64,000 nt of DNA from Setoptus koraiensis (lineage: Eukaryota > Animalia > Arthropoda). The translations under genes and the position numbers were made by a program. A model generated the notes under the pieces. It did no database searches and was not told where the DNA came from. It saw only the letters and a program-made list of their open reading frames with translations. This document shows, one piece after another, positions 25,709 to 36,894 of this stretch. Every line of letters begins with the position of its first letter. Position 1 is the stretch's first letter. The stretch spans positions 24,242,001 through 24,306,000 of the forward strand of contig CM106586.1 in assembly GCA_048013815.1 (NCBI GenBank). Reading direction: 5' to 3'.

Positions 25709-26909
25709 GTTATTAAGTAGGAATTATCAAATCAAATATTGTTGTAGATATTTGATAAAAGATGCCGCCAGATAAAGGCTGTTGTTGGGGCGATTGGGCG
25801 TAATTTTGGGGCGTCTCCAGGGTGGTTGTTTTTTAATGGTCCTGTTGTTAGATGTTAGCTGTTGGTTAGAATGAGACCAATTATTTTATCATAATGATGC
25901 ATGTGTAAATGAATGATTGAATTGTAAGCATTGGTGTGTGGACTAGTGAGCTCCAATTTCCGATTGACGCAAGTAGATTTACACACGACAACTACACTAC
26001 CGGTGCTAGCAATGTCTTGTTATATCGTATATGTGTTGATGATATATGACGACAACAATATACAGTATATCTGTGACTAGTTGTTGCCACTGTGTGTATC
26101 TTGTTAACTGATGATGATACAACTTGTCGTTCAAGTCGCTGTTGTATAAGTCTCGTCAGTCTAGTTGAGCACTGTAAAGTGCTAATCACCTATGCTTACT
26201 GCAATGTTGCATGTTTGTATCATGTAAACGTAACAACAAATACACTAATAATGTATTGCTGTATGTGTGAGTGTTGTAGTAGGTTGTCAACCATTTGTTT
26301 GTTGTCTAACTATTGTGTAACACTGCTGTAACGCCGCTTGACTATATGTAACAGGTACACACAAAGTTGATCATATGATCATATGGCTGGCTTAGCGTAA
26401 TATCATCTGGCTTTGAGCGGCTTCCGTTGATGAGTACACAATTTAATATAATAGCAGTCAATAGGTAGTCAATAGGTAGTCGTCATCTATCCGATGTCAG
26501 CTAATTATACAGCCAGTATAAATGAACGCACACACACACTCACACAAACGCAGATGCTTCAATATCTTGGCTAATTCAGTGCAACGATAATAAATAATGT
26601 GATAACGCTGTTATTGTTATTATTACATAATGTTATATATTTATACATGACACACACACTGATTGTTGGACGTACTAATACGTTGCTGTTTGTTATTTGC
26701 TGTTGGGCCAGATATCCAAATATGTGATTGTTGTTGTTGTTGTTGTTGCTGCTGTTGTGTTGACTTGTAGTGTGACGTATAAATAGTTCTCGGCATGCCC
26801 GATAATTAATTCTTATTCTAATGATACACTGCTAGCTCAGCTCAGATTGGCTGAAATAAGCTGGCTACAATAAGCTGATATCAGCAAACCAATGTTCCAA
26901 TTGGTTGCT

Positions 26910-27410
26910 NNNNNNNNNNNNNNNNNNNNNNNNNNNNNNNNNNNNNNNNNNNNNNNNNNNNNNNNNNNNNNNNNNNNNNNNNNNNNNNNNNNNNNNNNNN
27001 NNNNNNNNNNNNNNNNNNNNNNNNNNNNNNNNNNNNNNNNNNNNNNNNNNNNNNNNNNNNNNNNNNNNNNNNNNNNNNNNNNNNNNNNNNNNNNNNNNNN
27101 NNNNNNNNNNNNNNNNNNNNNNNNNNNNNNNNNNNNNNNNNNNNNNNNNNNNNNNNNNNNNNNNNNNNNNNNNNNNNNNNNNNNNNNNNNNNNNNNNNNN
27201 NNNNNNNNNNNNNNNNNNNNNNNNNNNNNNNNNNNNNNNNNNNNNNNNNNNNNNNNNNNNNNNNNNNNNNNNNNNNNNNNNNNNNNNNNNNNNNNNNNNN
27301 NNNNNNNNNNNNNNNNNNNNNNNNNNNNNNNNNNNNNNNNNNNNNNNNNNNNNNNNNNNNNNNNNNNNNNNNNNNNNNNNNNNNNNNNNNNNNNNNNNNN
27401 NNNNNNNNNA
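26910..27410. other. Assembly gap (run of N)
   Basis: About 500 consecutive n. The three poly-X ORFs over it are artefacts. Confidence 0.99.
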
Positions 27411-27917
27411 AAACGTAAACTTACATATTATTGCTCTTGTGTTGGGCGCTTTATTTAATGAAATTCTAAATGTTAAGATCGAAACACAAAACAAGTCTCC
27501 GTCATAATAGCGTAAGCGATGTTCCCCGATTCTAGCCAGCACATGTGCCTTCGATTAATGTGCGTCGGTTTACGATTCAAGTGCCAGTGTGCTAGAAAAG
27601 AAAAATAAGATAAAATAAAATAAAAAGATTTCCAAACTGACTTCCCAAGTGATATGAACTGACGCTGATCTGTGGCTTAGCCTCTCAATGATTTGCGTGT
27701 CTTACCAGGTATCTAACTGTGCTGATCGATATTATTAGACTGGCACTGAGAAACAAGGATCACATACACACACAGTTCCATTTATCTACACTTCAATCAA
27801 CATAATCTGAATGTGTCCAACAAGGCATCAACCAAGACAGAGAAACCTTTGCCAACCAATACAATTTATCTAGATTTCCAAACCAAGCCGGAGACGCTAA
27901 ATTAATTTCCAACTATC

Positions 27918-28354
27918 ATGGCACGAGGACACCAAAAAGAACAATCGAGAGCGAAAAATGCTAAGAAAGCACAATCTGGACCGAAGAAAGGTTAGCATAT
28001 GAATGCAGCCAACCCTACACTTTCCTCCGCAACATTTTGATTCACCAACTGCACAGATTTATCTATAGAAAGTTCACCCATCTTTTTTTCTCAAATTAGG
28101 GTCCGACCAGAGAGCCGCTGCTGCTGCTGCACTCCACTTTTCTTGTTGCATATGCAAGGTAAATGAGCTTATTCAGTTTCATTCTGCGTCATCTAGTAAA
28201 CAATCCATTGTCCAGTCTTAAGTTAATTATTATCTTTTCTACCTCTTACATTCTATAGACCCAAATGCCTGACCCGAAAACATACAAGCAACATTTCGAG
28301 AGCCGACATCCCAAGGCGCCACTTCCGGCTGAATGTGCAGCAGTGCCTACTTAA
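27918..28354 (+). CDS. ZNF706: Zinc finger protein 706 (4F5/SERF-like N-terminus plus C2H2); 3 exons 27918-27990, 28100-28158, 28259-28354; 75 aa
   Basis: Absent from the ORF track. Manual splicing at two GT-AG introns gives MARGHQKEQSRAKNAKKAQSGPKKGSDQRAAAAAALHFSCCICKTQMPDPKTYKQHFESRHPKAPLPAEC..., the ZNF706 consensus. Exon lengths sum to 228 nt. Confidence 0.93.
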
Positions 28355-28489
28355 CCAGGATGACCTGAAATAATCTCAGTAAATTTATCTATTATAAATT
28401 GATTCCTCTATGGATATCTGAAATCTTTACACAAACCCACGTGATTAGCATTTGGCATTTGATTCTTTATTTTAGAATTTGAGTTTATT

Positions 28490-30328
28490 TTAGCATGAGT
28501 TGTTCAGCGCACTGCCATCTGATTGCCTAACTGGCTCTACTTTACGCGCTTGTGGTACACGAGGGTATAGGCCTACCAAATTCCTAGGAATATAGCCCTC
28601 TTTTGGTGGATTTTTCGGATCATTGGTAAATGCAGTTTTTCTGGCCCACCACCATTCTTGTTCTGCGTTATCATCTTTCCTTAGAACAATAAGTAGTTCT
28701 CCGTTTTCAAAGCTTAATTCGTCGCTATTTTGTGCTTCGTAATCGAACAAGGCATAAACTTTTCCTCCATTCATTACTCCAATATTTTCTTGTACATAGA
28801 GAAGATATTCAATAGATTCACTAAAGATCTCCTCATCATCATCTTCAAACTCAATCTGCGCTGCCGTCTGATTATTATGATTGGTCGCGAATATCAGAGC
28901 ACCATGCTCAACGAGATACTGACTCAATGTCCGATCTTGTCGTTGTGCGGAACAATGCAAAGGCGTCCAACCGTTATCATCCTGAACGTTAACATCACAC
29001 CCAGATTCCACAAGATATCTGACTACGTCTGAATGTCCAGCCATGACGGCATTATGTAGGGCTGTGACGCCTTCGTCATTCTGTGCACTTATATCGGCTA
29101 GTTCCTCCGAAGTACATTTGACTAGCTCTAACTCGCCCTCTAATGCAGCATCAAGTAATAATGCTAGAGGATCAAAGCTAACTCTCCGGACAATTCCAGT
29201 ATTATTATTAGAGTTTGTATCTTTTGATGGTGTTGTTTTTGATGCAGCGTTCTTATTATTGGCCTCGTCTATTTGCGCTATATTGACATCAAATGGTGGA
29301 TATATATCGTCCTGACCATAATCCTTTGCGCCTAAATTAAGTGAATTCTTTACATTCTGATTATTTGCAGAAATTGAAGATAAAACAGAATTGTTCTCCT
29401 TCGAAGTAGGGCTAGCTAGTTCGCTATCTTCTTCTTGATCATCTGAAACGTATCCATGGCCATTTTGGTTATCAGTAACATTGCCATTAACTTGAGGTGG
29501 ATGATCTTTATTATTGTTATGTTCTGTTGTCTCATCTTCTTGCCTTTTATCGTTGTTTGTAGTTTTTTCAATATTTGTAATTATGGCTTTATTATCATTA
29601 TGGATATCAGTATTATTACAAGTGTCAACCTGTTGTTGCTGTTGATTATTAATATTGGCACTATTCAGGTGCTTATGGATTGCTAGTATTTCTCCTCCCG
29701 ATTTATTATTATTAATGGCTGATTGTAATTTAAACGAGGGAACAAACGAGTCACTGGCACTATTCTGTTGCGTTGGCTTTATATTGTTAATATTATTATT
29801 GATTCGAGTTCCATTCGAATTTGGTGAAAATTTGGAATGCCTTGGTGGTCTAGTTTTTCTAAAGTTCAATAATTGGCGATTAAGATTATCTACTTGGTCA
29901 AGGGCCTTACGCAATTCTTCGTCCTTTGAATCGATTGTTGATTGAATTGAGTTCAATTCACTGGATAACTTGGAATTAACTGATGAGTGTTGTTGAACTA
30001 GATTCCTCAGTGCCTTTAATCTGTTCAATTTGGCATCTTGGCTTGATATCATCTCAACCAACTGATTGAGTCTTTCCTTTTGTTTGTGTAGACAAACAGC
30101 TTGATCATGTTGATGTTTGGCCATATCGGCCTGTTGCTCTTTTGTTGTCAATATGCGTTGATTATTTTCGATTTGGTTCTGGTGATGCTTGGCAATGTCT
30201 TCGAGATCATCAATGTTAATTGTATTATATGGGGCATACCATGGACTTGTGGCATGCATGATGGTTATCTCAAAAATATATATTAATAATATAGTATAAA
30301 GAATATGATAAGGCACTGTTAATATCAA
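28490..30328 (-). CDS. ASPP-family protein (apoptosis-stimulating of p53; coiled coil, ankyrin repeats, SH3), main 3' exon; 5' exons unresolved
   Basis: RRVSFDPLALLLDAALEGELELV (PP1-binding RVxF motif), ankyrin repeats (NDEGVTALHNAV, DDNGWTPLHC) and SH3 VYALFDYEAQNSDELSF...EWWWA...GYIPRNLVGLYPR. The first ~25 ORF residues are probably intronic. Confidence 0.9.
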   Translation of the reverse strand: MILTVPYHILYTILLIYIFEITIMHATSPWYAPYNTINIDDLEDIAKHHQNQIENNQRILTTKEQQADMAKHQHDQAVCLHKQKERLNQLVEMISSQDAKLNRLKALRNLVQQHSSVNSKLSSELNSIQSTIDSKDEELRKALDQVDNLNRQLLNFRKTRPPRHSKFSPNSNGTRINNNINNIKPTQQNSASDSFVPSFKLQSAINNNKSGGEILAIHKHLNSANINNQQQQQVDTCNNTDIHNDNKAIITNIEKTTNNDKRQEDETTEHNNNKDHPPQVNGNVTDNQNGHGYVSDDQEEDSELASPTSKENNSVLSSISANNQNVKNSLNLGAKDYGQDDIYPPFDVNIAQIDEANNKNAASKTTPSKDTNSNNNTGIVRRVSFDPLALLLDAALEGELELVKCTSEELADISAQNDEGVTALHNAVMAGHSDVVRYLVESGCDVNVQDDNGWTPLHCSAQRQDRTLSQYLVEHGALIFATNHNNQTAAQIEFEDDDEEIFSESIEYLLYVQENIGVMNGGKVYALFDYEAQNSDELSFENGELLIVLRKDDNAEQEWWWARKTAFTNDPKNPPKEGYIPRNLVGLYPRVPQARKVEPVRQSDGSALNNSC

Positions 30329-30367
30329 TGGAATATCTGTGTATACGTGTGTAAGTGTGTCTATTTT

Positions 30368-30469
<102 letters not shown>

Positions 30470-31205
30470 AATTTTATGTCTTGTGTCACATCAATGAATT
30501 GTTGATTCTAATCAACAAAATCCAGCTATATCCATTGGAGGTGACCGAACAAAAAAATGCATTAATATTACATTATTGAAGCAAAATAATAATTTAAGTA
30601 GTGATTGTTAATCATATTTTCATGCGGCCACTATAGTACAATAATATTTATATAATGTTTCATAGTCAAGTAATTTATATTGATGATAATGTTGATAGTA
30701 ATAAAGAGACAATATCATTTTTTCCTTCATCATATTGCATGTATTCTGAACGATAACTATATATTGTTACCATGGTCTGTACAAGTGTGAAATTCTACCA
30801 TGAAACCTGTAGCACCATCACACACAAATATGAGATGTTTTTTTACGGAATGAAAGGTAGATGTCGCTCCAAAAACGAAAACTGCAACGCTCTTTCCTTT
30901 TTGGATCATCACAAGCATTCACACAAAACATATCAGTGCTTGTCCTTATTGTGCTTTCAACCAGAGTTACATGCTAGAGTGAGCGAAAATATAAGGGGCA
31001 CCCTATATTTTACTGCACTAAACAATAACAGTAATAGTACCTGAATGGTAAGAGTTGGTTTATGTTCCATGCTGAGTCATGAGATTTAACTAGATTCGTC
31101 GTGTCAACATTTGGGAAGCTTCAGCCTGGTTATTAGTGAAGTATTTATTTATCATCTGATGTTAGTACGATTAAAACATGTATAGAATACGCATTCTGCA
31201 ATCAT

Positions 31206-32561
31206 TTAGGTTATATATTGTGGTTGTGATGGATGATTAGCCCCTAGTGGCTCTAGGATGCCACTATCTGTCAGATCTTCTGTGATATCTTGGAACAACT
31301 TAAGCTTGGCATCCAATGGTAGTAACAAATAGTATTGAAACAGTTTTTCATACTTGGGTGCTTTGATGAACGATGATATATAAACATTTGTAAAGGTGGC
31401 CATAAGAAATTGGCAGTCGAATCGATCTACGATTCCACCATGACCAGGTATAGTGTCACTAAAGTCTTTGATTTTAAAAGCTCTCTTGAAGCCACTCGCA
31501 AAGAAACCTCCAAAAGGTCCAAGTATTGAACTGAATAGTGACAAACTTAGTGAATGCCAAACAAATGGATACATGTTCACGGTAGTGGGTATCTTAGCTA
31601 GATACAGAAGTTCCAAAGCATATGCCCAGTCTTCCGGTAGTATGGTGTACTCGGTCAAAACAAATATCTTTGATGGCTCACAATTTATATCCTGACGACT
31701 AAGACCCTTGGAATAATCGACTGGGCAGATAAAGTAGTTGTACTGGCACATATAGTGAGATAGCTAATAGATGAAGATGAGAATAGATGAAATAATTACA
31801 ATGTTGGAACTATTATATTCAGACAAATGGTTGTTTGTTCTTTTTTTTTTGCAAAAGTTTCAATACTTACAATTGCACCAAGTACGATAGTAGCTAGCCC
31901 GCCACCAATAAAACCCTCCCATGTTTTCTTAGGTGAGAGTTTGATTAACGGAGTTCGGCCACACAATGAGCCGAAAATATATGCCATAATATCATTGCAG
32001 ATAATCATAGATACCGGCACAATAAACCAAATTAACCCTTCAAACAAGTTTTGTATTTGAAGGTATGACTGAGTAACAAAGATGAGGAGAGTCACATGTG
32101 TCCAAGCGAACTGTGTAAAGATAATAGAGGATATAAGAATAAATATTTTTCAGTACACGTTGGGGAAAAAATACGGAGGTGAGTATGATATCAGTTAGGA
32201 TTGTGCTTACCAGTGAGAATTGTCTCATATAAAAACGTTTTTCCAAGCTGAGCACAAACCATACAAAACCAACAATGTACAGACAAAATGAAATGAATCT
32301 GTGATGTGTGTAGTAAACTAAGCTCTCACCATAAATAAAATAATTAGTGGATAATAGGAAATACCATGATAGTGAACGAAACCATTTTAGATTGTGAATT
32401 CTGTAGACTGAGTATCCTATCGAAATAATTTCCTGGAAGCATTTGACCTGAATAGCTAACACTATAAACATTAATGCGATGGGCCCGGCATAAATAAGAA
32501 ATGCAAAAATGCCAACCATAAAAAAGGTGAATATTGTGCGTAGCACATAATTGGGAACCAT
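31206..32561 (-). CDS. Phosphatidate cytidylyltransferase (CDP-diacylglycerol synthase); 3 exons 32561-32211, 32110-31871, 31763-31206; 382 aa
   Basis: Motifs [52 protein letters not shown] and [28 protein letters not shown]. Two phase-0 GT-AG introns (100 and 107 nt) restore the frame. Confidence 0.94.
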
Positions 32562-32874
32562 GATGTCCCGATATTATATGTTTGTGGTATGAATAAATAA
32601 TAATTCCTTATGATGCTGGTTCACCGTAGCAAAATCAACCAAATACGTTCTGGTTTTTAAATTCTGGTTTTCGTCACTATGATAAATACATGTTAGCATT
32701 GACCACCACTGCTCTCTTCTAACGAAGCTTGCAGTGATAAATAAACATGTAGCTTTGGCTTTGCTCTCGCTAGCGCGTGTACCTAATCAATATATACGCT
32801 TTTTGTAAGTGCCTTTTACACTGTAGAGGGCGCAAAACAGTTTCACTTGCAATAAACAAACAGTCATATTCTCA

Positions 32875-33280
32875 GGTCGCCCTTACGAAGGCACCCCTTG
32901 CCCATTGATACCCTCTTATCTCGATCTAACCTAGCAAAACGTGTTCAGCTCAACGCTCCAAACAAGCTACGAAATGCCATTTTACCTACTTTCGTCGGTT
33001 CGGGTAATATCTTGGTGTTTCTGGTGTTGTAGGGGGCGCTGCACGGCATGGAAAATACATGGACGCGCACTTTTCTTTGCAACTTCAATGTTAAACTGCA
33101 CAGAAAAGCGTCTTGCCAACACCAGAAACACCAAATTATTACTCGAACCGGGCAAAAGTGGGAACTACGGCATACCAAAGCTTGTTCGGGGGGGGGGGAG
33201 TTGAGCTGTGAATACGTTTCACTTGGTTAGACCGAAATCTGAAGTGTATCGATGGTGAAGTTTTCCTCGTTAGAGCGGAC
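32875..33280. mobile_element. Degenerate foldback/MITE-like element with long imperfect terminal inverted repeats
   Basis: 32937-33029 is the imperfect reverse complement of 33117-33219 (inner arms: ttggtgtttctggtgttg / caacaccagaaacaccaa exact; agctcaac, aacaagct, cggttcg.gtaata shared). Weaker symmetry continues outward (ctaacc/ggttag, gatac/gtatc). The spacer is ~87 bp and non-coding. No TSD identified; outer limits are approximate. Confidence 0.7.
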
Positions 33281-36031
33281 TAACAGTGCCGCACTAATGT
33301 TAGCGCAGCTTTCTTGCTCCTCGCATGCGCACTAGAGCGACTAACAAGCAGGCAAACGGCAGGCAATATGCAGGAGAGCTCCCACTATCAGCTGTTGTGC
33401 GTCAAATCTCACAGCGCCTTGTGAGGCACATTTTTGTATTGAGAATCGCCTGTCAGTCTGGTCGAACCGCACTAACACTAACTGCCGATTTTAGTGCGGG
33501 TTGAGAAATGCGTACTTGTGAAAAACTGCTGTGGCAAGCTTGGCATTTATTGTAGGAATCAAAGTACAAAATACAAATGATTGTTGCTCTGTCAATTCTG
33601 CAACAGTGCAAATGAAAAACTACTCCACCTACTGTTCAGTTGCAAAACTAATCAACTTTTCAACAAAGTGTCACACAGTAAACATCCTTGACAATTTAAC
33701 ATCTTGCGACCTCGCCATCAGTTAGAATGACGCGTCGACTAATAGGTCTTAGCAAGCATATCTTGTTAGAATGTGGCACCTAACAAATGGCATTTAAATC
33801 AATAGTCGAAAGAATTGGCTATTATAAGATCGACAATCTCAACTGTCGATCATTCGTAATGTCGATGAAATGAGTTGAGCGTTACTTCAAGAGAGCTATG
33901 TGATTGCTTCGTCGCGTTTCGATGTTGTGGTGCCAAATAGCTATTTATTACGTGTTATAATTATGTAACACTTGACACGAGCGACACCTTTAGTCAGCTT
34001 GCCAACCTTAAATAAGGAACAAGTTATTCTGCTAAGCTAGTGAACAATTTCCACGTAAGATGGTGTTCGATATCTGACAATGATCAAATGGCATCAACGA
34101 TAAAAACAATAAATGACAAATCCTCTCCTTTGATTGGTTTATATACTTTTCTTGACCTTTCATGATATGATTGATACCGTTGTGAGTTGAGTAGAGTTCT
34201 TTGCTTTGAATGATGAACTGTCCTAGTAAATGTCATAACATTTTTTTTTTGCGTTGGTCACATTGATAGACGTGCGTTTTATGTAATGAGTTTGAATTGG
34301 TGTTAAAGCATCATTCAACATGAAGATAACCGATGATCAGCTTACCTCATGTCGTTCAACAACCAGGATAGATTGAGGAAGCTATCCATCAACCATCTCG
34401 TGACCATTTTTCCACAAGAACAGAGTTCAAATTAATTATTGCGTCATCAAAACTAATGAAATATATTGGTTATGTAGTGTGTCTGCTAGAGAAAAACATC
34501 GTTAAGAGATATCTTGAGCAGTTTCTTTAATCACCATACAAAACAGCCTGCACCATGCCTTAGACTATTCCATTTCGCGATTCAGCTGGACACACCTGTT
34601 TACTATGAGATGTTATGCCAGTCAGAGTTGAGGTTAGTAACCCGTTCAATGAGGTGAAACATGTTACAGTGTCAAGGTCTCAGAAACCTTGACGCTAGAA
34701 AATTCTTTCGACGTCATTATATTAGATTAGATAATTCCTAGTTTGGAAGATAGCATAAAGAAGCGCCCTGTCGAGTTTCGCCAAGTTGCTGGTTAGGAAT
34801 GCATGTGAACTTGAAACATATTCAAGTCCGAGTTATATCAATTAATAATTGAAATGCTTATTTTCGTCATCGCATGATTTTACTTGAATCTCGAGAGTTT
34901 TCTTTCTTCTGCATTTGCTGATGCCTTTATTTGAAGTTTCCTTTTTTCATTGCCTCAAAACAGGAAAACAGTCGAGATTGGAGGCATGGACTAAAATAAC
35001 GACAGGTTGTAAAATAACGACAGGTGGTTTTTATAGAAATTTGATGATATTGGATATTTTTGTTCGAGTTGTCGGTGACAGTTATAATTCACTTATGCAT
35101 CTCGGCTCGTTCTATTGAAGTCAGGATGAACTCATTTTGCTGGTCTTTATACATGTATTTATCATTTATCATACATGTAATAGGTGTATCTATTATTAAA
35201 ATAGTGACACTTTTGATGACTAGTGGAACCTTGCATTGTGAAAGCGGCCCATATCTACACTGAAAGATTTGTCTGCTAGCAACATGTCAGTATTGGTAAC
35301 TAGTAATACTGATCGTAAACAATAAAATCAGTCAAAAAAAATTAAAAAAGAAGTCAATGAATGTGATTTTCGTTTGTACCACAAGATACATCAATCTTGG
35401 AGGCCTTGATGTGTGTCTAAAACAGACAAAAATGTCACTCCTAGCCAATGCTAACAATTCGTCTTGTGATCTGATCAAAAACCATCATTATCATCATTTT
35501 GGATCTTGTTGGTTCTCGATAAATGATTGTTCATGTTGCCTGCCAAATCGCAGTCATTACTGTAAGTAAGAACAACATATATCATGATATGTTTTTTATC
35601 AATCGAACAAATCGATTATTGCCATGAGCAATTATGGAAAATCTAGGTTGGAAAATACACTGATATATGGCGCTGATATATTGATTGTTGATTGTGGTCG
35701 CCATGTGATCAAGTGTGAATAAATATCTTGATAAATGTCTCATTATTACTACAATTATTATTTGGTACTTTTAATCGTAATATTGACTCTATTCTATTTG
35801 ATAGAATAACAGCTAATCCTGGTTTTATTTTGATATTTTACCCGGACAATTGAAAAAAATTATTCATCCTTGATTGACCGACACTGAATACCTTCATCGC
35901 GGCCACATTCAAATAATTGTTGATTGAGCAACATCAATATCGTTCAGATTACATAAGGATTTGTTTATTTATCACAGGCAATTGCTATACGCAACAACAA
36001 TAAAATCATAGATTTATGAATTGAATTGAAT

Positions 36032-36894
36032 ATGGCCACCATGGGACGTATACCACCACCAATAACAAAAGAGTATCTATTTAAGATATTAGTTGTTGGC
36101 GAGGCCGCAACAGGCAAGACAAGTTTCATAAAACGTTATGTACACCAATTCTTTTCTAGAGCTTACAAGGCAACTATTGGTGTTGATTTTGCTTTAAAAG
36201 CTATTAATTTAGACGATTCCACTATAGTTAGATTGCAATTATGGGATATAGCTGGCCAAGAAAGATTTGGCAATATGACAAGAGTTTATTACAGGGACGC
36301 AGTAGGAGCATTTATAGTATTTGATGTTAGTAGGCCTAAAACATTCGAATCGGTTATCAAATGGAAGGCTGATCTAGATAATAAGGTGTTACTAGCTGAT
36401 GGCTCTAGAATACCATGCGTATTATTGGCGAATAAATGTGATGCAGAAAAGATCGACATAGCCAAGGATGAAGACGCTTTAAGTCAATTTAGTAAACAAC
36501 AAGGCTTTGCTGGCTGGTTTTACACAAGTCCAAAGGATAATATCAATATAGAACAATCGGCTAGATTTCTCGTCGAGAAGGTAAGCAACTCTAGCTCAGA
36601 CTAGATATAGATTGATATCAAAGCATTAATCAAACACAATGGAGGCACAATTGTCAATCACATTGTTATTTGTCACTATCTAACCCGGTGTTATTATTAT
36701 TATCTCACTATATCTATCTATGCTATAACAATGAAAACGGTTTGATGACAATGGTTGGATAATACCAGATTCTAAGGCGTCAACAAGCTATCGATTATCA
36801 GGAATCGAACAGGAATGATACAATAATTGTTGATAATAATAATCGCAATGGTACCAGCTACCAAGCGACCAGAAACAAGACATGTTGTCGCTGA
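36032..36894 (+). CDS. RAB32: Rab32/Rab38-like GTPase; 2 exons 36032-36580, 36769-36894; 224 aa
   Basis: KEYLFKILVVGE...GKTSFIKRYVHQFFS..YKATIGVDFALK and WDIAGQERF (the Rab32/38/29 signature), plus NKCD. Exon 2 (after gtaagc...ataccag) ends KTCCR*, a prenylation motif. Confidence 0.92.

Noticed and set aside
26865-27542. Three long poly-X ORFs
   Set aside because: Artefacts of the N gap.
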